A stretch of 64,000 nucleotides of DNA from an archaeon. Its GTDB lineage: Archaea > Iainarchaeota > Iainarchaeia > Iainarchaeales > JAAZKV01. Made by a program: the position numbers and the translations under genes. Of the stretch, positions 17,651 to 26,570 are shown in pieces. Each line of letters begins with the position of its first letter. Positions within the stretch are counted from its first letter, which is position 1. The stretch is taken from positions 6,942-70,941 of the forward strand of contig JBBSVX010000013.1 of the NCBI GenBank assembly GCA_038046585.1. The letters are read 5' to 3'. The notes below the pieces were generated by a model. It was not told where the DNA came from. It ran no database searches and saw only the letters and a list, made by a program, of their open reading frames with translations.

Positions 17651-19777
17651 ATGGTCAGCTCCGCCCATGACGTAGAAAAAATGGTTCTTGAAGCGAACAA
17701 ATTTCCTTCATTTAACGAAATGCAAAAAAAGTGCCTTGGCAAATTATCAAAAAACCTTGTAGTATCCGCGCCCACTGCGAGCGGAAAAACAATTATAGCA
17801 GAACTTTTTATTTTAGAATCTGCGATGAATGACAAGAAAAAAATAATTTACACTTGCCCTTTGCGCGCGCTCGCAAGCGAACACTACAAAGATTTCAAGA
17901 AAAAATATCCTGAACTAAAATTTGCTCTCTCAACTGGCGACCTTGATTCGTCATCATCTTATTTGAAGAAGTTTGACTGTATTTTTACGACGTACGAAAA
18001 GCTCGCTTCGCTTTTGAGGCATAATGCCGAGTGGCTTGTGGATGTCGGGTGCATTATTATTGACGAGGTGCACGAACTTGATTCAGATCGCGGGCCCGTG
18101 CTTGAAATCGCAATCACTCAGTTGAGAAATAGAAACAAAAATATTCGTACGCTTGCGCTAAGCGCAACAATTCCAAACGCGAACCAGCTCGCAAAGTGGC
18201 TCGACGCGGAGCTCATCGAAAGCAATTGGAGACCGGTGAAACTCCGCGAAGGGGTTTTGTTTGAGGAAACCTTGGAGTTTAATGACAAGACAAACGAAGA
18301 AGGAACACTAGAGGACGTAATTGAGAAAAACCTAGATGCAAAAAAACAATTTTTGTTTTTCATGAACTCGAGAAAGCGCGCCGAGGGAATGGCAAAGAGA
18401 CTCTCTGAACATACAACAAAAATGATTAAAGACAAGGAAAAGTTAGAGCTTGCAAAAATCGCTGATGATGCACTAAATGTTTTAGAGGCACCCACCGAGC
18501 AATGTTCCTCCCTCGCTGATTGCATTCGTGCCGGCGCGGCATTTCACCACGCAGGACTCATGGGAGAGCAGAGAGAAATTGTAGAGGAGAATTTCAGGAA
18601 TGGAAAAATAAAAATGATTTCTGCAACTCCAACGCTTGCGGCAGGAGTAAACACCCCCGCTGACATTGTAGTGATTCCGAGCATGTATCGTTTCGAAGAA
18701 TTCGGGATGGAGCTCATCTCGGTGCGCGAGTATAAGCAAATGTCGGGACGTTCAGGCAGACCGAAATTCTCTAGCGAGGGAAAAAGCATTGTTATCGCAA
18801 GTACCGAGAATCAGAAAGAGCTTTTCATGGAGAAATATATTAACGGTCCGATGGAGGCTGTTAGCTCGCAGCTCGGAACGATTTCAATTCTTAGGACGCA
18901 TATCCTCGCGCTCATCGCAACAGGAGACATACACAGCATCGAAAGCGCAGAGAAATTTTTTGAGGGCACTCTTTACGCGCATCAGTTACAGGAGATGGGT
19001 GAACTTATTGAAACAGTTGCCGAAGTGGTTGAGGCCTTGAAAGAATTTAATTTTGTTGTCGAAAAAGAGGAAAAGTGGAGTTGCACTCCGCTAGGAAAAA
19101 GAGTTAGTGATTTGTTCCTTGATCCCGAGAGTGCAAATAGTTTGGTGAAGGCGCTCGGGATGAGAAAAACTTTCACTCCTTTCTCTTATCTTTTCGCGTG
19201 GGTGAATTGCACAGAATTTTCTCCCTGGTTCACTACCCCAAGAAAACTTGAACCACTTATTAGGGAAGAATTTCATGACAGAATAATTGAAATCCCGTTC
19301 AGCGAGGAAGAGGCGTTATATTCTTCGGATGCACAACTCAACAAATTCTTTTCAGCGCTCATGCTTGAGCATTGGTGTAACGAGAAAAAAGAGCAAGAGC
19401 TTTTCAAGGACTATAATCTCGCGCCGGGAGTGCTTTTTGGAAAAACAAGGATCATTGAATGGCTTAGTTACTCTACAATCGAGCTTTCAAAGGTGCTCGC
19501 GCAGGAAAGGCATCTTACCCCTTCAATAAAACTCGGGTTAAGGGCGAAGTATGGGGTGAAGGAAGAATTATTGATGCTTGTTGAGCTTAAAGGCATCGGA
19601 AGGGTAAGAGCAAGGAAACTTTTTAACGCAGGAATAAAGCGCCCTAGCGAAATTAAGACAAATATGAAAAAGGTTGAAAATATTTTGGGTAAAAAAGTGT
19701 CGGATTCACTTGCAAAACAGCTAAATGTTGAAAAAACAAAAAACATTGCAGAGAAACTTGAAAGCTTTAAGCCCTAA
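17651..19777 (+). CDS. hel308: Ski2-like DNA helicase Hel308
   Basis: Walker A (APTASGKT), a DEVH box, helicase C motifs, and the winged-helix/ratchet region characteristic of archaeal Hel308/Hjm. Confidence 0.85.
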   Translation: MVSSAHDVEKMVLEANKFPSFNEMQKKCLGKLSKNLVVSAPTASGKTIIAELFILESAMNDKKKIIYTCPLRALASEHYKDFKKKYPELKFALSTGDLDSSSSYLKKFDCIFTTYEKLASLLRHNAEWLVDVGCIIIDEVHELDSDRGPVLEIAITQLRNRNKNIRTLALSATIPNANQLAKWLDAELIESNWRPVKLREGVLFEETLEFNDKTNEEGTLEDVIEKNLDAKKQFLFFMNSRKRAEGMAKRLSEHTTKMIKDKEKLELAKIADDALNVLEAPTEQCSSLADCIRAGAAFHHAGLMGEQREIVEENFRNGKIKMISATPTLAAGVNTPADIVVIPSMYRFEEFGMELISVREYKQMSGRSGRPKFSSEGKSIVIASTENQKELFMEKYINGPMEAVSSQLGTISILRTHILALIATGDIHSIESAEKFFEGTLYAHQLQEMGELIETVAEVVEALKEFNFVVEKEEKWSCTPLGKRVSDLFLDPESANSLVKALGMRKTFTPFSYLFAWVNCTEFSPWFTTPRKLEPLIREEFHDRIIEIPFSEEEALYSSDAQLNKFFSALMLEHWCNEKKEQELFKDYNLAPGVLFGKTRIIEWLSYSTIELSKVLAQERHLTPSIKLGLRAKYGVKEELLMLVELKGIGRVRARKLFNAGIKRPSEIKTNMKKVENILGKKVSDSLAKQLNVEKTKNIAEKLESFKP

Positions 19778-19850
19778 AAAAGCCCCAAATGCTTCAAAAC
19801 GCCCACAAAAAGCTTTATTAACTACTTAAGCCCATCTTGTTAATGGAATT

Positions 19851-22800
19851 TTGGCGGAAAATGAGCCAATTTTCATATTGCGCACATATAGTATATATAA
19901 TATAGAGAATTTTAGGGTTTTTTGGTCTTCTTTGGTGGACGTTGTGGGCTTTAACGAATTTGTTCAAAAAATCATCAATAAGGCTAAAAGCGTTTACTTC
20001 TTTTTCGAAGACAAATGGTATTCGGCGCTTGACCGAATCGACAAATACATTCCAATTTACAAAATAGTGGATCCAATCGACAAGGTCATTCCAAGCTTTG
20101 TGCTTTTCCTTCTCCTGCTACTTTTCTTACTTTTGTTGATGGGGTACCTCGCCAGGTTTTACGCGCCCTACGAAATCACTTTCCTTACTTACGATTCGAA
20201 GACAAGTAATTTCCTCCCGGGAGTAAAACTTAGCGGAGACATAGATGGCGATCCTTTTGATGGAGTAACCGACAAGAACGGACTTTCAAAAGTAACTGTA
20301 GAAGGGGAGGGGCGTAATTTTTTCGAGGCAGTGGCAAATATTTTCTTTCCTAGCAGCGAATATCCTCCGGCAAAAGTCTCTGCTGAAAAAATAGGGTATG
20401 TTTCAATCAAGGATAAAAACATAGAATTTGATTCTAAAGAATACAAGCTTCTTCTCCAACCAGCCCCTGAAGAAGATGTTCCCCAGTACAGTGATTTTGC
20501 GAATGTAAAACTAATTGATTCCACTACAAACGCAGCAATAGTTGATCAGAGCGGACAAGCTTATGTTAAGTTCAGCTGCAAAAACATTTCAAATTTCACT
20601 CCAAAAAGCGTGAGAGACAACGCTGATGGAAAAGTTGACGGAATTTTTAAGCTAACGGAAAACGCCTGCGATTTTGAAGTAACTAAAGCTTATTCCCCAG
20701 GATACGAAAGCCTAAGTATTACAACTTCGGTGAAAGGAGGAGACACAACAGAAATAGAAATGGATAAGGCCGAGACGGACGATACAGGGACTGCGAAGGT
20801 AAGGCTATACGAAAAAGGATCATCACCTGTAAAATATGTTGCAGGATCGAAAGTAGTATTTACAGGAGTAAATGAAACGCAAGAAGGAACAAGCGACTCG
20901 ACAGGATGGGTAAGAAAAGAAGGGATGAAAGTTGGAACATACACCATAACAGTAAAAGATTTGAATTATTATGAAATACTTCCCTCGGACAATGTAAAAA
21001 TAACAATCAAGGCAGGAGACACAAATGAAATAGAAATTGGGCTTACAAAAGTTAATCCGCAGGATATGAGAGTGGTTTACTTTAGAGTGATTGATTCAAA
21101 CAGCAGGACCGCTATTGCAAGCGCAACGGTTGATCTCATAACTCTTTACTACGATGCAAACAGAGGCTGCTACGCCGCCGACTCAAATAGAGACGGAGTG
21201 ATATATGAATCAAGCAACCCTACAATGACTGATTCAAACGGACTTTACAAAAAAGCAGCATTCACAATCAGAAGCGAAGGATATCTTGTAGCAGTAGTGC
21301 GAAAAGAAGGGTACATTTACAAGGTTTTTAAGCCAAAACTCTTTGATGTGAATTCGGGGCCCGAAACGGTAGAACTTAGTTTTGCAACAGAACAAAACAG
21401 CGGGAACGCAAAAATAATTGTTTCATCTGATTTGAATAGATATCTTGTCGGAGCGTCAACATATATTTACACTGATCTCAATTTGGGAACAGGAACATGT
21501 TCTAGCATCACAAACATAAAAGTCAACAAGGACGGAATATTAACTAACAGCGCGGGAGAAGCGCTTTACAAATATTTGCCAAGAGGAACTTACTCTGCTT
21601 CCGCTTGGTTTGATGACACGTTTTCAGGAATAACTCCAAAGCAGGATCTTGACATAAACCAGACAATTGTTTTTAATATCAGGATGAGCGTGAACGTTGC
21701 AAATCTTAGAGTAACTCTTAAGGATGCAATAACAGGAAGCATAATATCCTCCTCGAATGCAAGCGTAAAAGTATACACTGCCAGTGACGCAGAGTTCGAC
21801 ACACTTTACCTTTCAGAGACTCTAGCATATTCTAGCGGAAAGTTTGTAAGCAACGGCGGATATGCAAAGAAAAGCAGATTAGTGATTATGGCCGATTCGA
21901 ATGACTATGCGCCAAACAGCATTTATATTGACGGACCAATAACCCCTTTAGTTACAGGAAACAACGATTTCAATATGGCGCTTTACTCTGTCGCATCGCT
22001 TTATGATGTCAACATATTTTACATAAACGTCTTCACTACTAGTGACAATCTTTCAGGAACATCAAGCGTTGCAGGCCTAATGAGAGGAAACGATTATTAC
22101 GCGAAATTTGATGCAGTCATAGGAAAGAATCTCACATATCAAGAACTTCTTTCAATGATAAGAGTTGAAGGCCCTGTCGCGATAAAGAATGTCAAGCTTG
22201 TGAACATGTTGCCTTACAATTCAAAATCGCAATTGTACACTAAAAACACTTCGGCGATGGATTCACTGATAAGCCCTCACGATGACAACTACTACTTCCC
22301 GCCCACCTCGTCATACGTTGAGGCTGACAAGAGCTTAGTCCAGCTTGGAATTGATTGGACTTTGGTTAACGGAGTTTTGCCAAGAGGCACATACACTTTC
22401 GCGGTGAGATTCACAGTTGACTCAAATTCCTCCGACAACGACACGATGACGCTCAAATACAGAGCGAAGACAAAGCACTCTACTGGAACTGCTGAGACGC
22501 CTCTTGGATCCACAACTATCGCGCTCAACAAGGCAATCAAGACAGGCGTATTCTTCGTTGTCGAATACAAGGGAGTCAGCGAAATAATTGACAGCGGCGA
22601 CGCAAGCGACATTATGCTCCTTTCCTCAACCATAAGAAACGATATCAAAGTAACTCTCCAGAACAACACTTCCTCTGCGCTTTCTGGCGGAACATACAAC
22701 GTTTACTCTTATGACGGGCTGAAGAACACCTTCACTGAAAGCACAGGCGGAAGTGGATATGTTCACTTCAATTCAATTGATGGAAACAAAAAAAGTAATC

Positions 22801-24812
22801 TCTCAAACAGCCTCTCAATACCAACCGAACAAGGTTACACTACTACTCTAGCAGTTTACCCTGAAAAATTCAATTCAAGCAACTACATTGTTCTTTACGC
22901 TACATTTGGTTCTACTACTTACTCTACTTTCCTCGATGTTAAAGCATCAGGAAAACAACTCAACTTGCTTGCAGAATTTTTGGCTGGAGTGAACAACCAG
23001 AACTTCGATGGAGAAATATTCCCTAAAGATTCTGCCGATGTTGGAAGCCCTTTGGCACTTTCAGCAGTAACTCTTGCAACATACCGTTCATGCATAATAG
23101 ATTCCAATCACAGAGTATACAGCGAAACTCTTCCTTCTGCAAAAATGGCAGGGGACTTTTTCTCAACAATTGTAGACAACGTATATGAGTACAATGTTGA
23201 TTGCATAGTTGTCGACCTTGAAGCGGATGATGGAACATACAGCTATGAACCGCTCCACGAAGAAATAAAAGCTGGATCTGGCGGAACGTTTGACCCCACT
23301 CTTTCCTGCATCGACGTATCAACCCCCACGGGAGAAAAAATTATTTATCTTGAGTGGGATAAGAACCAAAAAATTGTTGTTACAAATAACTGCGCAAAAG
23401 ATGTTGTAGTAAAACTTGAAACAGGACTTGTTTGCACACCCGCTAGCGGAGTAACTTGCAGCGCGGATGCCACAATAAACGTTGGACAGGACAGAAATTA
23501 CACAATCACAGGAAAAAACATAGAATATGACCCCACAGCAGTAAAGCCAAACTTCACCGACATATTGGGATACTTCCCCGTGTTCGTTAAAGGAAGGTAC
23601 TATAGCGAAGGCAACAAGAAATTTGTTCTCGTTGATAAAGAAGAGGTTCACGTATCAAACTCGAACCAGTGCTTCGCAATATCAAAGGACATTTTTGATT
23701 TCACTGAATCAACTTCGCCGACAATTAACTTTGATGTTAACAGCTTTTGCCAGTACAATTTGATAGGCGACTTCTATGTCCCTCAGGCAAGCCTTTCCTC
23801 TTTTGGATATGACATCAACCTGGCCGTAGCAAAGCCTACCGCCAGCGTAACTTTCACCCCTTCACTAATGGTCACAGGAAACGGATACACCACTACAACT
23901 TATGATATAAATCTCTCAAGTTGGTGGGCTGCAATGATGATAGTGCCGAACAAAGCAACTTCGACTCTTGACACAACCAACCCGCTCTTGCCTTTCAGGA
24001 AATACTATAACATCAGCTTCAATGCGCTCGCATATGATCTGCCAGGGGATGCAAACAAATTACAGTTCACTTGGATAGATAAAAACAGCGAATACTTTAA
24101 CGAAAAGAAACCTTACGGGGCAGAGATAGATGGAAATGTCATTGTTACTTACACTAATGGGACAACTTACTCATTCATCCCTTCATATAATTTCTCAATA
24201 AAGAACGGCACAGTATCTTGCGTAAGCATTTCAACACCGCAATCAGGAGAGTACTGCGAACTTGGCGCTGATGTCGGCGAGAATAACCCTGACGGAGGAA
24301 AACTCGCATTCGGATTATTCTACATGAACATCCCAAGAGGAGACATAGCTAAAGTAGATTTCAACATTATAGGAGACTCAAACACTGAAAATCTCGAAAT
24401 AAAAATTAAGCCTTACACTAATTTCACTGAAACTAGAACATCCGTTACGCAGACAACAGGCGCATCAACTTACTCAATACCCCTAACGCCTTACTCCATT
24501 TATCCACTCGAAGATGTGGTGTACTTGCTTAAGCACATAAGCCAATTGAACACGTTCTCCGATTCGGCATTCTTAGGAGTAAATAATCCTACAACATACC
24601 TTGTAACGGACAATGCAAATGTTCTCGCTTGGGTTGAAGCGGGTTACCTCAAGGCAGCATATGTCGGAACTGATATCTCGCAGTATAACGACAAGTCTCT
24701 TGAATTCAAGCTTGTTAGAACATTCGGTCAAGGAATAGGGTACGGAATAGTGAACGTTGATGATTATGTTGCCACTGAATCTAGCAATGGCAAGGATATT
24801 AGCGGAGATTAA
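19851..24812 (+). CDS. Giant surface protein A (1653 aa): conserved cytoplasmic N-terminal 'KWY' motif, signal-anchor TM, then many carboxypeptidase-regulatory/transthyretin-like beta-sandwich repeats
   Basis: Paralogue of the 2216-aa ORF at 52423..59073. Their N-termini align (VYF..E.KWY..L.RI..Y.PI.K..D.ID.V.PSF.LFL) before a poly-Leu TM helix. Repeats of the type TDSNGLYK...GTYTI recur. The first 80 nt of the track ORF contain a TATATATAATATAG box and no in-frame ATG, so the true start is probably TTG/GTG at about 19932-19944. Confidence 0.8.
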   Translation: MAENEPIFILRTYSIYNIENFRVFWSSLVDVVGFNEFVQKIINKAKSVYFFFEDKWYSALDRIDKYIPIYKIVDPIDKVIPSFVLFLLLLLFLLLLMGYLARFYAPYEITFLTYDSKTSNFLPGVKLSGDIDGDPFDGVTDKNGLSKVTVEGEGRNFFEAVANIFFPSSEYPPAKVSAEKIGYVSIKDKNIEFDSKEYKLLLQPAPEEDVPQYSDFANVKLIDSTTNAAIVDQSGQAYVKFSCKNISNFTPKSVRDNADGKVDGIFKLTENACDFEVTKAYSPGYESLSITTSVKGGDTTEIEMDKAETDDTGTAKVRLYEKGSSPVKYVAGSKVVFTGVNETQEGTSDSTGWVRKEGMKVGTYTITVKDLNYYEILPSDNVKITIKAGDTNEIEIGLTKVNPQDMRVVYFRVIDSNSRTAIASATVDLITLYYDANRGCYAADSNRDGVIYESSNPTMTDSNGLYKKAAFTIRSEGYLVAVVRKEGYIYKVFKPKLFDVNSGPETVELSFATEQNSGNAKIIVSSDLNRYLVGASTYIYTDLNLGTGTCSSITNIKVNKDGILTNSAGEALYKYLPRGTYSASAWFDDTFSGITPKQDLDINQTIVFNIRMSVNVANLRVTLKDAITGSIISSSNASVKVYTASDAEFDTLYLSETLAYSSGKFVSNGGYAKKSRLVIMADSNDYAPNSIYIDGPITPLVTGNNDFNMALYSVASLYDVNIFYINVFTTSDNLSGTSSVAGLMRGNDYYAKFDAVIGKNLTYQELLSMIRVEGPVAIKNVKLVNMLPYNSKSQLYTKNTSAMDSLISPHDDNYYFPPTSSYVEADKSLVQLGIDWTLVNGVLPRGTYTFAVRFTVDSNSSDNDTMTLKYRAKTKHSTGTAETPLGSTTIALNKAIKTGVFFVVEYKGVSEIIDSGDASDIMLLSSTIRNDIKVTLQNNTSSALSGGTYNVYSYDGLKNTFTESTGGSGYVHFNSIDGNKKSNLSNSLSIPTEQGYTTTLAVYPEKFNSSNYIVLYATFGSTTYSTFLDVKASGKQLNLLAEFLAGVNNQNFDGEIFPKDSADVGSPLALSAVTLATYRSCIIDSNHRVYSETLPSAKMAGDFFSTIVDNVYEYNVDCIVVDLEADDGTYSYEPLHEEIKAGSGGTFDPTLSCIDVSTPTGEKIIYLEWDKNQKIVVTNNCAKDVVVKLETGLVCTPASGVTCSADATINVGQDRNYTITGKNIEYDPTAVKPNFTDILGYFPVFVKGRYYSEGNKKFVLVDKEEVHVSNSNQCFAISKDIFDFTESTSPTINFDVNSFCQYNLIGDFYVPQASLSSFGYDINLAVAKPTASVTFTPSLMVTGNGYTTTTYDINLSSWWAAMMIVPNKATSTLDTTNPLLPFRKYYNISFNALAYDLPGDANKLQFTWIDKNSEYFNEKKPYGAEIDGNVIVTYTNGTTYSFIPSYNFSIKNGTVSCVSISTPQSGEYCELGADVGENNPDGGKLAFGLFYMNIPRGDIAKVDFNIIGDSNTENLEIKIKPYTNFTETRTSVTQTTGASTYSIPLTPYSIYPLEDVVYLLKHISQLNTFSDSAFLGVNNPTTYLVTDNANVLAWVEAGYLKAAYVGTDISQYNDKSLEFKLVRTFGQGIGYGIVNVDDYVATESSNGKDISGD

Positions 24813-24857
24813 CAGATAGAAAAGAGATAAATAGTTGTAAGTTTTATTGGTGTTAAG

Positions 24858-26570
24858 ATGGATACAAGAAGGATTGTGGCGCTCTTCGCGTTGATACTTA
24901 TCGCGTTGCCGGCATTTGGATACTCTTTTGAGGACCTGCAGTGGAACGGATTAATGGAAATCAGCCTTGACAAGGAAGAATTCTTGGAAACTGAAGCGAT
25001 AACAGGAAATGTTGTGATAGATAATTTGGAACAATACCCCATAGTCGGGCAGAGGCTTGTGTTCCAGGTCGGCCAAGGAGCTTACACTTATCCATCCCAG
25101 TTCGCTTCGGATAACACCACCTCCGAACAAGCGATTAGCGATATCTGGGTTCTTCCTTCCTCAAACAAATCCATCCCTTTCTCAATCCCGGCTCAAAAAG
25201 CTGGAGAATACCACTTGGATGTTTACTCCTGGGTACTAAAATCAAAGTATGTCGGGGCAAGCGCGATAATGTACAACCCCCAGAGCGTAAACTTTAAAGT
25301 AAAAGGAAATAACGCAGAAGGCAAAGCGACAATAGTCAGATCCACAACAGTATTTGGAAATGGCGAGAAATGGATTGCTGGCCCGGTAGGATTCCCAATC
25401 AAAGCGGGAGAAAAATATGCAGGCAAAATATTTGTCAGAAATGATTCCACAAAAACAAAATCAGCAATGAAACTCTCAATTTCACTTTGCGATTGGGCGA
25501 TAGTATTTTGCGAAACCGCTGTGCAGAATGATTTTGAAGTCCCAACTCTAGCCCCCGGGCAGGAAACGCAAATAGATGTTGAACTCACAGCCCCAATGAT
25601 TCCTTCAGCTTATGAAATAAATATGATTCTAAAAGAAGGGGAAAGCATAGAGTCGATTTATAAAAACAGAATAATTGTTACAGGCGGAACCACAAAAGCA
25701 AGAAAAGTTTATGTTAACGGACTTGCAGATAGGAATTATCTGTTGAATGTATATATTGCAGGAAGCCCAGATCACTTCACAAATCCTGACTTCAATGATT
25801 TCACTTTAACCGTGGAAGTATATAACGAGGCCCAGCTTCTCGAAGAAAAATCAATAAATATTCAGGGAATCGGCCCTGAAGAAGTTTTAATGCACTCTTT
25901 TGATGTTACAGACCAGATGTTCACTAAAGCCTGCATCAAGGCAAAAAAAGGAGGCGAAGTGTTTGAAAGCGAATGCTTCACTGTTCCGCTAAAGGAACTC
26001 CAGGATGCTTATGATGCCGCTTTCCCAGAACTAGTGAAAGTAGAATGGAATTATGATGAAGCATTCTCTGCACTAAACGTCAACCTTACTAAGGAAACAA
26101 AACCTGTGAATGCGAGAGTGAGGATTTTTTCTTCAACAAAAACTTTGATTCTTGAAAACATAAGTCAGGCAAGCCCTTTTACAAAATCCTATACTATACA
26201 AAAAGGGGATCTCACAATGACTGTTGATGATCTTGACGCAAAGAAACAGCAGGTATTCAACCTTACCCTTAACTTGGGAGAAAAGACCCAGCTCGCCAGC
26301 GAAGTTGATCCTAACGCAGCTGAGGCAGGATACACCGGAAATTGTACAATGAATGTATGTTCCAACGCGCAAATTTGCGAAGGAATATCTTATAATTCAC
26401 CGCAAGGAGTGTGCTGCAGTGGAGCTTGCATTGAAGGAGTGAGCGGCACAGGATTAATTGAAGAAGAAATCCCATTCATATTCTTTATAGCACTAATAAT
26501 GATAATTCTTGCAGCAACAATTGGTGCGGGCGTTATGGTTAAAGCCAAAAAGAAGGGGGCGCTTAAATGA
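24858..26570 (+). CDS. Secreted protein with Sec signal peptide, C-terminal Cys-rich region and C-terminal TM anchor plus basic tail
   Basis: MDTRRIVALFALILIALPAFGYS signal peptide. The C-terminus reads ...CTMNVCSNAQICEG...CCSGACIEG...EEEIPFIFFIALIMIILAATIGAGVMVKAKKKGALK. It lies directly downstream of giant protein A. Confidence 0.7.
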   Translation: MDTRRIVALFALILIALPAFGYSFEDLQWNGLMEISLDKEEFLETEAITGNVVIDNLEQYPIVGQRLVFQVGQGAYTYPSQFASDNTTSEQAISDIWVLPSSNKSIPFSIPAQKAGEYHLDVYSWVLKSKYVGASAIMYNPQSVNFKVKGNNAEGKATIVRSTTVFGNGEKWIAGPVGFPIKAGEKYAGKIFVRNDSTKTKSAMKLSISLCDWAIVFCETAVQNDFEVPTLAPGQETQIDVELTAPMIPSAYEINMILKEGESIESIYKNRIIVTGGTTKARKVYVNGLADRNYLLNVYIAGSPDHFTNPDFNDFTLTVEVYNEAQLLEEKSINIQGIGPEEVLMHSFDVTDQMFTKACIKAKKGGEVFESECFTVPLKELQDAYDAAFPELVKVEWNYDEAFSALNVNLTKETKPVNARVRIFSSTKTLILENISQASPFTKSYTIQKGDLTMTVDDLDAKKQQVFNLTLNLGEKTQLASEVDPNAAEAGYTGNCTMNVCSNAQICEGISYNSPQGVCCSGACIEGVSGTGLIEEEIPFIFFIALIMIILAATIGAGVMVKAKKKGALK

